Assembly (NCBI GenBank): GCA_902783485.1
Contig: CACZRG010000099.1
Span: 1 to 54,354 of the forward strand
Source: an uncultured Elusimicrobium sp.
GTDB taxonomy: Bacteria; Elusimicrobiota; Elusimicrobia; Elusimicrobiales; UBA9959
Length of the DNA: 54,354 nt
Direction of reading: 5' to 3'
The position numbers and the translations under genes are program-made. Below, in pieces: positions 1 to 7,745 of the stretch. The notes beneath the pieces are model-generated. The model saw nothing but the letters and a program-made list of their open reading frames with translations. It was not told the origin of the DNA and ran no database searches. Positions within the stretch are counted from its first letter, which is position 1; the number at the start of each line of letters is the position of its first letter.

Positions 1-193
1 AAGCGTAACAACAAGTATATGAAGACTTGGCCCGTAAAATGCCCCGGAAGACATAAGATAATGCTGAGGTTCTTCAGGAAAATCCGGCGGCTGTATAAGA
101 AGCCGGCCCGATTTGTCACTTAAAAACCAGCGTCCACAGTCATCCGAATGAAAAATTCCGGCTGAAGTAGCAGTTGAATTAAACTGAAAATTA

Positions 194-1336
194 TTAGACA
201 AGTCCATCCAGACTCTCCCCATGACCTGTAAGATATGCCTCCTGCGTAAGATCAGGAAGTGTACGGAAAAGATCCCTGCGCTCATTTTCCGGAATCACGG
301 AATAATAGGGCTCCGGTTCCTCTGTTACAGCCTTAAATTCGGAATATCCGAAAAGTTTAACATAATTAGCTTCAACGCCACAGCAGCGGCTTCCCCATAT
401 ACAGCCTGTACAACAGGGAAGGCGCACCCTGCCTCTGTATGAGACATCATATGTTTTTGAGAAATCAAAACCAGGCTGTATCAGCGTCTCAGAACCGGCG
501 TCATCCGTATCCTGAATGAAATCTATAACTCTGGATGCGTATTTTCCCATGATGCACGGAGGTATTATCTCCACAAAAGGAGGGACAATGCCCTCTGCCA
601 CACAATAATCTGTCATACGGAAAACACCTTCTGCCGCAGTGCTCATCGGCACAGCTATTGACCTGATGTTTTCAGTATTTTCTTTCTCGTCCGGATCCAG
701 ATTTCCAAGGAATTTCGTATAATGAACCATGAAAAAACGCACCCCCAGGCTACGATAGAAAGCAGCATAATCCGCGAGACTGTCACAGTTCTGCCTGGTA
801 AGCACACACACTGCTGTTGTAACTATATTGGCACGGCGAAGGTTTTCCAGCGCTTTTACTGCCCTTTCCAGCCCGTTTTCCGATCTTGTAAGATAATCAA
901 AGGTTTCGGGATCATGCGAAGGAAGATTTATCTGAACCGCATTAAGTTTAAGTTCAGCCATTTTCTCCGCATATCCAGGTTCCGCAAAGCGGAATCCGTT
1001 TGTAAATAACAAAGAACCTACATAGCCTACCCGGTTTGCAAAAGACAATACTGCAGGAAGATCCCGGTAAAGTGTAGGCTCTCCGCCCAAAACAGCAATA
1101 GTCCGGCTTCCTTCCTGATGATATGATTTGTAAATCGTCTCACACACTGTACGGAAAGGAAGCGGGTCACGATATTTTTCCCGGTCCCTCCGGGAAACAA
1201 AACAGAAACGGCAGGAGCGGCTGCAGGCATATCCCGGGTATATTTCCAGTTTACGGAATCTTTCATTGCATGGCTTATTCAAAGACGGTTTTCCACCCTC
1301 AGTCATACATTTCGCTCCATTTCCTGAAAATCTCAT
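194..1336 (-). CDS. radical SAM enzyme, mid-size class; paralog of 4105..5127 and 6248..7276; last visible gene of the operon
   Basis: CX3CX2C in YPGYACSRSCRFCFV. GGEPTL motif present. The C-terminal Cys cluster LPCCTGCIWGSRCCG aligns with PSCAGCVYADRCYG and PRCAECAYSDMCMG of the two paralogs. It overlaps the upstream gene by 38 nt; an alternative Met at 1306 gives an 8-nt overlap. Confidence 0.8.
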   Translation of the reverse strand: MRFSGNGAKCMTEGGKPSLNKPCNERFRKLEIYPGYACSRSCRFCFVSRRDREKYRDPLPFRTVCETIYKSYHQEGSRTIAVLGGEPTLYRDLPAVLSFANRVGYVGSLLFTNGFRFAEPGYAEKMAELKLNAVQINLPSHDPETFDYLTRSENGLERAVKALENLRRANIVTTAVCVLTRQNCDSLADYAAFYRSLGVRFFMVHYTKFLGNLDPDEKENTENIRSIAVPMSTAAEGVFRMTDYCVAEGIVPPFVEIIPPCIMGKYASRVIDFIQDTDDAGSETLIQPGFDFSKTYDVSYRGRVRLPCCTGCIWGSRCCGVEANYVKLFGYSEFKAVTEEPEPYYSVIPENERRDLFRTLPDLTQEAYLTGHGESLDGLV

Positions 1337-2747
1337 ATTTACAGGGATCGGAATTCATTGATGAAAGCAGTTCATAAACACTGCGGTAAAGGCGGCAGCG
1401 CTCATTCACCGCCATATTTCCTGCAATGCTATGCTGTGTAATGTAATTATATACAGGTGGAACGCGGCAGTAAAGCGACGACGGGCAGCGGGAACACATA
1501 GGCTGCCGCAGTTCAGTAAGCGCTGAAGCCACAAGTCTTATTGCCAGCGGCCTGCGTATTATTTTCCTGAATGTGTCAGAATATACGGAACCAAGACGGA
1601 AAGTTTCATCGCCACTGTTTGAAAGCATACGGGCCTCGTCGGAACCATATATTCCGCCGTCCCAGTTATATGCAAGCCGGTATAATATATCCAGATTCTG
1701 ATACCGTGGTCTGACCGTTCCATGAAGCTGCTTTGCGAAAGCGAGTGCAGCCTTCTCATACACGGGAATACCCCGGCTATTCAGCTCCAGCATATAGTTT
1801 ACTGCACGGCCATAAAAATCAAGAAATTCATCTGAAGAAACACCTATTGTGTTCCACGCTGCCGCTGCGCGGCCAAGCGGATCAACCGGTCCTAACTGTA
1901 CACGTTTAAGTCCGCAGGACAGAAATTCGTCAACAATCTCCCGTGCATAAGGCAGCGAATGCTTTGTGACAGTGCATATGGCATTAGGTGCCTCGGTATT
2001 ATTACGGGCAGCATAATCAGCGAAACGTTTCAGCCACGCAGACGCGCGTTCATGCGGCCCGGCATTAACCAGCTCTGCTCCGGTGGCAGCAGAGGAGCAT
2101 GGGCGGTTTCTGTCGTGAACAAACCGTGGCCCGTCAAGAGATGCACATACGGTAACATTGTTTTCAGTAAGAAAACGGAATTTTTCCTCGTCACATTCCC
2201 AAAGATTGGTAACCACGGAGAAAAAAACCTGTTTTTTCTTACCAATCGCCTTTTTTTTCGCTTTAAGCACGATGTATTTCAGCAATGGAAAAGTAACAAG
2301 AGGTTCTCCGCCCTGAAATTCTATCAGATATCTTTCCGGGTCAAGGGAAAAAATAAAATCCAGTATACGGTCCGCCGTTTCCTTGTTCATTCTGCGGCGG
2401 TCCACCGGCGAAGCAGAAGCACAGCAGTAAACACAGGAAAGCCTGCATACCGCACTAAGCGATATTATATGTACATGAGGAGACTTCCAGCCTTCAAAAT
2501 AACGGTTTAAAATCTCTTTCCTGTAAATATTCCTGTCAGCTGTCTCACTTACAAACCCCTGCTCAGAAAGCCCTACGGGCATTTCATCGAAAGGAAGTCC
2601 GCCATGAATGAATCTGTCAAATATTTCTCCGGAAACAACTATATTTCCGCCTGCCGCGTTTGTCAGAAGTACTTTGCCGCCGTTCAGGCGGCGGAATGAA
2701 AGATAATATGGATGCACAATTCTCTGTGCGTCGTACTGAATACTCAC
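1299..2747 (-). CDS. radical SAM enzyme, HxsB-like/anaerobic-sulfatase-maturase-like, with a degenerate SPASM domain
   Basis: CX3CX2C in SAVCRLSCVYCCAS. It is collinear with 9134..10585 over its full length: N-terminal LLTN..GGN..V.GE.F region, FQGGEPL, and C-terminal MCSRC...YC. It lacks the upstream SPASM cysteines: YGSDEA replaces YTCDEG. Confidence 0.8.
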   Translation of the reverse strand: MSIQYDAQRIVHPYYLSFRRLNGGKVLLTNAAGGNIVVSGEIFDRFIHGGLPFDEMPVGLSEQGFVSETADRNIYRKEILNRYFEGWKSPHVHIISLSAVCRLSCVYCCASASPVDRRRMNKETADRILDFIFSLDPERYLIEFQGGEPLVTFPLLKYIVLKAKKKAIGKKKQVFFSVVTNLWECDEEKFRFLTENNVTVCASLDGPRFVHDRNRPCSSAATGAELVNAGPHERASAWLKRFADYAARNNTEAPNAICTVTKHSLPYAREIVDEFLSCGLKRVQLGPVDPLGRAAAAWNTIGVSSDEFLDFYGRAVNYMLELNSRGIPVYEKAALAFAKQLHGTVRPRYQNLDILYRLAYNWDGGIYGSDEARMLSNSGDETFRLGSVYSDTFRKIIRRPLAIRLVASALTELRQPMCSRCPSSLYCRVPPVYNYITQHSIAGNMAVNERCRLYRSVYELLSSMNSDPCKYEIFRKWSEMYD

Positions 2748-4054
2748 AGTCCGTTCCTCCGTATTATTCTTTCAAGCATTTCCTCTCCGTAAAGTGCCGC
2801 AGTCACCCCCAGCCAGTCCTGCATACGCATTTCACATTTCCATCCACCGTCTGATTCCTCTATATAACCGCGGCAGGCCATATCTGCAGCTTTCCTGCGG
2901 AAAAACTCCTCACCTGCTGCGCCAAATTTTTCACGGACTTCCTCAGGCATAACAGTTACGCCGTGCAGCAGTGTATTCATGAGATAATGGATCAGTTCCT
3001 CTTCAATGCCTGTTTTCATATAAAGCTGTGAGAAAGCCCCGCCCGACAATGCTGATTCAGAATATTCGGCAGGGGAAACAATATTGCGGCTGCGCAGCCT
3101 GCCCCAGGCATGAGACATGGCTCCGGAACCAAGCCCAAGCAGAGAATTATCAAGATGAAAAATATAATTCCCCTGCTGGTTTCTTATTCCGTCAAGACAG
3201 GCACTTTCCTCGTCAAGCACAGTATAGCCTGCGCGACGCAGTATCTCAAGTCCGGCCTGCTGCCATGAGTAAAGTTCTTTTTTTATTTCAGGCGGCAGCG
3301 TCCCCGCGAGCGGCTTTATCCTGTTAAGATGAATCTGCGTAGGGCGAAGCCTGGAAAGCAGCAGTACATCACGTATGAAATCTTTTTTTGTCTGTCCTTT
3401 AAGCCCGCAGAGCAGATCTGCGTTTATATGTTTTATACCTGCACGCCTTACAAGATCAAAAGCATCTTTTATCCTTGTAACATCCTGAGCCCGTCCGTTA
3501 TCCCTGTTCACCGTGGCGCTGAAACTCTGTATTCCCATAAGCAGCATGGAAACACCGCATTCCGCCACAGCCACAGCTTTTTCCTCATCGAAGAAATCAG
3601 GATTTGATTCCATCGATATCTGGGCTCCAGGCTTTATCCTGAAATAATGTTTAAGTGAAATAAGAATTCTTTTCAGCAGTGATGCGGGAAGGAAATTAGG
3701 CGTTCCTCCGCCTATGTATACACAGGATATTTCCTTTTCCGCGAATACCGGGGCAAAAAAAGCCATTTCCTTTTCAGCAGCCAATATATATTTTTCCTGT
3801 TCTTCGTAAACAGAGCCCCCTTTAACATCGAGAAAACAGAAGGCGCATTTTTTTCTGCAGAAAGGTATGTTCAGATATATTCCGGCTTCACGCTGGGGAT
3901 TTTCACGCAGGCTTTCAGTCCAGAGCATACTCTGTTCCGCACGGGAAAGAGGACCGCTGTCCCAGGCAGTCAGCGAAGGGAAATGGGTGGGCAGACCGCC
4001 GTAACGGACATCATGCACAAGTGAAACTGCCTTTTCAATCTGTTCCTGCGTCAT
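2744..4054 (-). CDS. HemN/HemW-like (class C type) radical SAM enzyme
   Basis: CX3CX2C in IPFCRKKCAFCFLD, followed by the HemN-family hallmark VYIGGGTPNFL. Its length (436 aa) is typical of the coproporphyrinogen-III-oxidase-like family. It has a 4-nt ATGA overlap with the downstream gene. Confidence 0.85.
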   Translation of the reverse strand: MTQEQIEKAVSLVHDVRYGGLPTHFPSLTAWDSGPLSRAEQSMLWTESLRENPQREAGIYLNIPFCRKKCAFCFLDVKGGSVYEEQEKYILAAEKEMAFFAPVFAEKEISCVYIGGGTPNFLPASLLKRILISLKHYFRIKPGAQISMESNPDFFDEEKAVAVAECGVSMLLMGIQSFSATVNRDNGRAQDVTRIKDAFDLVRRAGIKHINADLLCGLKGQTKKDFIRDVLLLSRLRPTQIHLNRIKPLAGTLPPEIKKELYSWQQAGLEILRRAGYTVLDEESACLDGIRNQQGNYIFHLDNSLLGLGSGAMSHAWGRLRSRNIVSPAEYSESALSGGAFSQLYMKTGIEEELIHYLMNTLLHGVTVMPEEVREKFGAAGEEFFRRKAADMACRGYIEESDGGWKCEMRMQDWLGVTAALYGEEMLERIIRRNGL

Positions 4055-4104
4055 GTAATTACCTTGGTAAAATCCGGATTAAAATACCACCGGGACTTAT
4101 TGAA

Positions 4105-5127
4105 TCAGGGATAAAGAGTTTTATAAGGAAAATTTTTTTCCTCTTTATAATGCGGTATGAATTCGCTTCCGCCGTAAATCTTAACATATCCTGAATCCGG
4201 GCCATAGCACCTGTCTGCGTATACACAGCCGGCGCACGACGGCAGTCTGGTCTTGCGCTCCGGATAACTTTCCTTCACCTCACGTACTTTTCCGCCTATG
4301 CCCACCTTGGAAACAGCCTCCGGCCCGCTGAAACCCCAGTCGCTCATAAGGTTTGTCAGTTCCGGGGCCACGCATGGGACAAAATTACTGAGCATTTTTG
4401 ATTCTATCACTATATTTTTTACTTTCATATAGCGCAAAGCCAGCCTCAGATAAGGCACAGCTGCAGAATATTTTACACCGAGGCCTCCGGCCTCTTCAAG
4501 CATTCCTCCGGAATAAAAACTGAACATGAAGCAGAATCCTGTTACTCCAAGCCTGCTTCCGGCCAATCTGGCGAAAAGCGGCATCTGCATATAATTTCTT
4601 GACGTTACAGCAAAATTGAATGAAGCCTTTATCCCGGCACGGTTCAGATTCTCTGTTGCAATAAAAGCATTGTCAAAAGCTCCTGGAACCTGCATAAGCC
4701 AGTCATGCGTGGCAGCGTCGGTACCATGCAGGGAAATTTTCACCTCGTCTATCCCGGCATCTGCAAGCCTGCGCACATAATCATAATCACGCAGTTTAAG
4801 TCCGTTGGTAAGAATCTGTACAGATTTAAAACCGCGTTTTTTGGCGTACGCCGAAATTTTCTCCAGCCCCGGATACAGTGTCACCTCACCGCCGGAGAAT
4901 GTGACAAGCCAGGCTCCTTCAGAAGCCCATTTATCAATACGTTCCCTTATTAGTGACTCCGGCAGCCATACCGCTTTTTCCTGTAAATCTTTAGCACAGC
5001 AGAAAACACAGCGTGCATTGCAGGCATCGCCTAAAAGGAGCTCGCGGGAAATTATCGGCGAGCCAGGTTCCGGCCAGCCGAATTTTTTTACGGCATCAAA
5101 AATAGTAAGTGCGGGATATCTGCTCAC
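4105..5127 (-). CDS. radical SAM enzyme, mid-size class (HxsC-like candidate)
   Basis: CX3CX2C in GDACNARCVFCCAK, plus GGEVTLYPGL. The C-terminal CX2CX5C is PSCAGCVYADRCYG. It is a clear paralog of 6248..7276 (KKFGWP/RKYGWP, LSNFVPCV, GGSEFIP/GGDEFVP). Confidence 0.8.
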   Translation of the reverse strand: MSRYPALTIFDAVKKFGWPEPGSPIISRELLLGDACNARCVFCCAKDLQEKAVWLPESLIRERIDKWASEGAWLVTFSGGEVTLYPGLEKISAYAKKRGFKSVQILTNGLKLRDYDYVRRLADAGIDEVKISLHGTDAATHDWLMQVPGAFDNAFIATENLNRAGIKASFNFAVTSRNYMQMPLFARLAGSRLGVTGFCFMFSFYSGGMLEEAGGLGVKYSAAVPYLRLALRYMKVKNIVIESKMLSNFVPCVAPELTNLMSDWGFSGPEAVSKVGIGGKVREVKESYPERKTRLPSCAGCVYADRCYGPDSGYVKIYGGSEFIPHYKEEKNFPYKTLYP

Positions 5128-6248
5128 TTTATATCAGAACTCCCGTAATCCTTGTACTCATTTTTTCTGCACCGGGCAAGAAAACGTGCATATTCAGCAA
5201 AAGTCTTATCTTTTTTTGCTGTTTTAAGAATATCAAAGAAAATTCTGCGTAACAGTGCAGTACGCAGTGAATAAGCCTCTGCCCCGTCTGAAAGACCTGG
5301 AATGCGGTAATATGATGAAACACATTCAGCACAGCGTTTTTCGTCTTTGTTCTGTTCACAGTCCCTGTACCTTTCAGATAAACCTTTCTCCGCAGAACCT
5401 ATGCACACTTTATCACGGCTTTCCTTGTAATCAAGGAAGGCGAAAGGATAAAAAGAAAGAACTCCGTCCGGATACATTTCCAGATCCCTGTACATCGGGC
5501 AGAATACCGGCGTATCTGGTCCGCCTGTGCGGAAAAATTCTATAAAAGGCTCTGGAATAATAAAATTATGTTTTGATATTTCACCAAACAAAAAATCAGC
5601 AAACCTGCTTATGGAATCAGAGAGGGCGTCATATTGCCCGTCAGTCCATTCCATGCCATGTACACATTCTATATTTATAACACGGAAACCTCTTTTCACA
5701 AGACTGCACAGATCCGTAAAAAGCCTGGAAGCCCCTGCCGGCGCCACACATTCAAGCGCAACTATATCATAAGGGTTCATTTTTCCGAGAATATAGTCTA
5801 TTTTCGGTTCAAGAGCATCCCAGCTGCCATGTCCATCAGGAAAAATACGGCATGAATCATGATTTTCCTTAGACCCGGATACACTTATTGAAAGATTTAT
5901 CCTGTATTTACGCAGAAAATCAACAATTTTTTCATTCAGCAGAATTCCGTTTGTTGCTATGGAAAGAGACAGCAGTTTCTTTTTTTCTGCTGAATATCCG
6001 GCAGCAAATTTCACTGATTTTTCCAGAAGTTCCATTTTCAGGAAAGGCTCGCCACCATAAAGTTCAAGCCGCTTCTGTACTCCGGGGGAATCCATAAGCA
6101 TTCTTATTCCCTTTTCTGCGTATGAAAAGGGAAGTTCAAGCCCTGCTTTCTTGTCTATATTACAGTGATGGCACTCAAGCACACAGTCCGTGGTAAGCGC
6201 AAGTTTAAGTTTCTGTATCTCTTTGGCAGCCATCACTGTTTCACTCAT
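5124..6248 (-). CDS. radical SAM enzyme, distinct subfamily
   Basis: CX3CX2C in TTDCVLECHHCNID, plus LYGGEPFL. C-terminal cysteines occur in RDCEQNKDEKRCAECVSSYY. It overlaps its neighbours on both sides by 4 nt and 1 nt. Confidence 0.75.
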   Translation of the reverse strand: MSETVMAAKEIQKLKLALTTDCVLECHHCNIDKKAGLELPFSYAEKGIRMLMDSPGVQKRLELYGGEPFLKMELLEKSVKFAAGYSAEKKKLLSLSIATNGILLNEKIVDFLRKYRINLSISVSGSKENHDSCRIFPDGHGSWDALEPKIDYILGKMNPYDIVALECVAPAGASRLFTDLCSLVKRGFRVINIECVHGMEWTDGQYDALSDSISRFADFLFGEISKHNFIIPEPFIEFFRTGGPDTPVFCPMYRDLEMYPDGVLSFYPFAFLDYKESRDKVCIGSAEKGLSERYRDCEQNKDEKRCAECVSSYYRIPGLSDGAEAYSLRTALLRRIFFDILKTAKKDKTFAEYARFLARCRKNEYKDYGSSDIK

Positions 6249-7276
6249 TAATCACTGCTGTAGCAGGTTTTTAAAGGAAAATCCTTCCGTATTTCCTTAA
6301 GCGGCACAAACTCATCTCCGCCAAAATAATTATAATATTCACGCTCAAAACCCATGCACATATCAGAATATGCACATTCCGCGCAGCGTGGCACCTTCAT
6401 ACGCTGGCTTTCCTTCATCTCATACACTTTCATCGGTTCATTATTAGGCACAAAAAGCAGATCATCACGCTTCTGATATTTCCATTCAGCCATCAGATTT
6501 GCATATTCAGGAAGCACACAGGGCACAAAATTGCTAAGACAGGCACTTTCAAGTACAATACCGTTTTTCTCAAAATATTGAAGGGCTTTGCGCAGATAAG
6601 GGACATAATCCCTGTACTGTATTTTGTAAATATTGCCATTGGTTTTCATGGCGCCAAGGTAATGAGGAGAAATAAACAGATACGCATCTATGCCAAGCTG
6701 TCCTGTTACAAGCGCAGGCAGCTCCGGAAGGTATTTGTAATTAAGCGGAATTATGACATTGTTTATTCCGGCGCGGCAGTCAAGCTTAACAATATTTTCA
6801 AGTGCTTTTACGGTTTTGCGGAAACCGCCAGGCACACCGGTTATTCTGTCGCTCAGATCTTCACGGCTTGCATGAAGCGACATACGGAAGACATTTATTC
6901 CGGCATCAACCAGTCTTTTGGCATAATCATAGTCGGCAAGCAGTAGCCCGTTTGTTGTTATCTGAACAGCTTTATAACCCAGCTTGCGGGCAATGCGGCC
7001 TATTTCAGGCAGGTCTTTTCTTAATGTAACTTCGCCTCCAAGTATATCAGCAAACCAGGCCCCTTCCTCCCTGCCTTTGGCCAGAGACCTCGCTATCTCC
7101 TTAAGCGAAAGCTCCCCTTCACTCCATTCAGGCTCAAAATTCGGGTTATAGCAGAACAGACACCTGGCGTTGCAGGTAAAATTTATAACGAGCTCACATA
7201 TCTTTGGACGGTCAAGCGGCCAGCCATATTTTCTGGCAGCCTCTATCGGTCCCAATGCTTTCTTTTTATCTTCCAT
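6248..7276 (-). CDS. radical SAM enzyme, mid-size class (HxsC-like candidate); first gene after the peptide gene
   Basis: CX3CX2C in NFTCNARCLFCYNP, plus GGEVTLRKDL and a C-terminal PRCAECAYSDMCMG. Confidence 0.8.
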   Translation of the reverse strand: MEDKKKALGPIEAARKYGWPLDRPKICELVINFTCNARCLFCYNPNFEPEWSEGELSLKEIARSLAKGREEGAWFADILGGEVTLRKDLPEIGRIARKLGYKAVQITTNGLLLADYDYAKRLVDAGINVFRMSLHASREDLSDRITGVPGGFRKTVKALENIVKLDCRAGINNVIIPLNYKYLPELPALVTGQLGIDAYLFISPHYLGAMKTNGNIYKIQYRDYVPYLRKALQYFEKNGIVLESACLSNFVPCVLPEYANLMAEWKYQKRDDLLFVPNNEPMKVYEMKESQRMKVPRCAECAYSDMCMGFEREYYNYFGGDEFVPLKEIRKDFPLKTCYSSD

Positions 7277-7292
7277 GATATATTATTTTAAC

Positions 7293-7329
7293 AAAAGAAG
7301 AGGGAATCCTGCCGGATCCCTCTTCTTTT
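7293..7329 (-). terminator. stem-loop between the peptide gene and the downstream radical SAM genes; candidate partial terminator/attenuator
   Basis: aaaagaagagggaatcc-tgcc-ggatccctcttctttt forms a stem of about 16 bp with one bulged A and a 4-nt loop. On the minus strand the stem runs into TTTTGTT. It lies 36 nt after the peptide stop codon and 17 nt before the next start codon. Confidence 0.5.
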
Positions 7330-7364
7330 CAGCTTATTACAAGACAGTCAGTTGGCGGATAAAA

Positions 7365-7721
7365 TCAGCACCATCCGCCACGCGCATGGGAGCCATGAGA
7401 GCCATGAGAGCCATGAGAACCGTGCGAACTATGAGAATTATGCGCCACATGACTATAATGGGAATTCGCAGGTACACTGGAACTGTAAGACCAGTTTAAA
7501 TGCAAGGTGTTAAAAACGTTATGATTTATTGACAAATTTGTATGGGCAGTCTGATTATGCTGAAAAAAATTAGCATGATTGTTTGTTCCGGCAGAAACAA
7601 CATCCGCATCAGAAATTGCAGCCCCAATTATGCCTAAAGTAACTCCAAGTTTCACAACATCTGAATTAAGGATTTTACCTTCTTCGCTGTTAAGAAATCT
7701 GCTTATATCCTTTTTTTTCAT
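7365..7721 (-). CDS. His-Xaa-Ser repeat peptide (HxsA-like), putative radical SAM substrate/precursor
   Basis: The C-terminus reads SHYSHVAHNSHSSHGSHGSHGSHGSHARGGWC, with nine His at strict 3-residue spacing. There are 14 His in the last 72 residues. The Lys-rich N-terminus (MKKKD) is followed by a hydrophobic stretch LGVTLGIIGAAI. The gene sits inside a radical SAM operon. Confidence 0.7.
   Translation of the reverse strand: MKKKDISRFLNSEEGKILNSDVVKLGVTLGIIGAAISDADVVSAGTNNHANFFQHNQTAHTNLSINHNVFNTLHLNWSYSSSVPANSHYSHVAHNSHSSHGSHGSHGSHGSHARGGWC
7383..7462 (-). repeat. 9-nt periodic coding repeat (His codon every 9 nt)
   Basis: The plus strand shows catgggagc catgagagc catgagagc catgagaac cgtgcgaac tatgagaat tatgcgcca catgactat. 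The atg/gtg triplets are reverse complements of CAT/CAC His codons. Confidence 0.85.
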
Positions 7722-7745
7722 AATTTTCTCCTCACGCTTAGTATA

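Noticed and set aside
1-193. A possible further minus-strand gene starting near position 54 (MSSGAFYGPSLHILVVTL...), and weak hairpins downstream of the last radical SAM gene.
   Set aside because: Only about 18 codons are visible and have no recognisable features. The hairpins are short (5-6 bp). This is too little evidence to call a feature, though the operon may continue beyond the edge.
7170-7499. Plus-strand ORF with a striking MRAMRAMRTVRTMRIMRHM repeat.
   Set aside because: It is the antisense read-through of the His-Xaa-Ser repeat, since CAT/CAC His codons read as ATG/GTG on the other strand. It also spans the start of the neighbouring radical SAM gene and the intergenic hairpin. The minus-strand reading fits the operon context.
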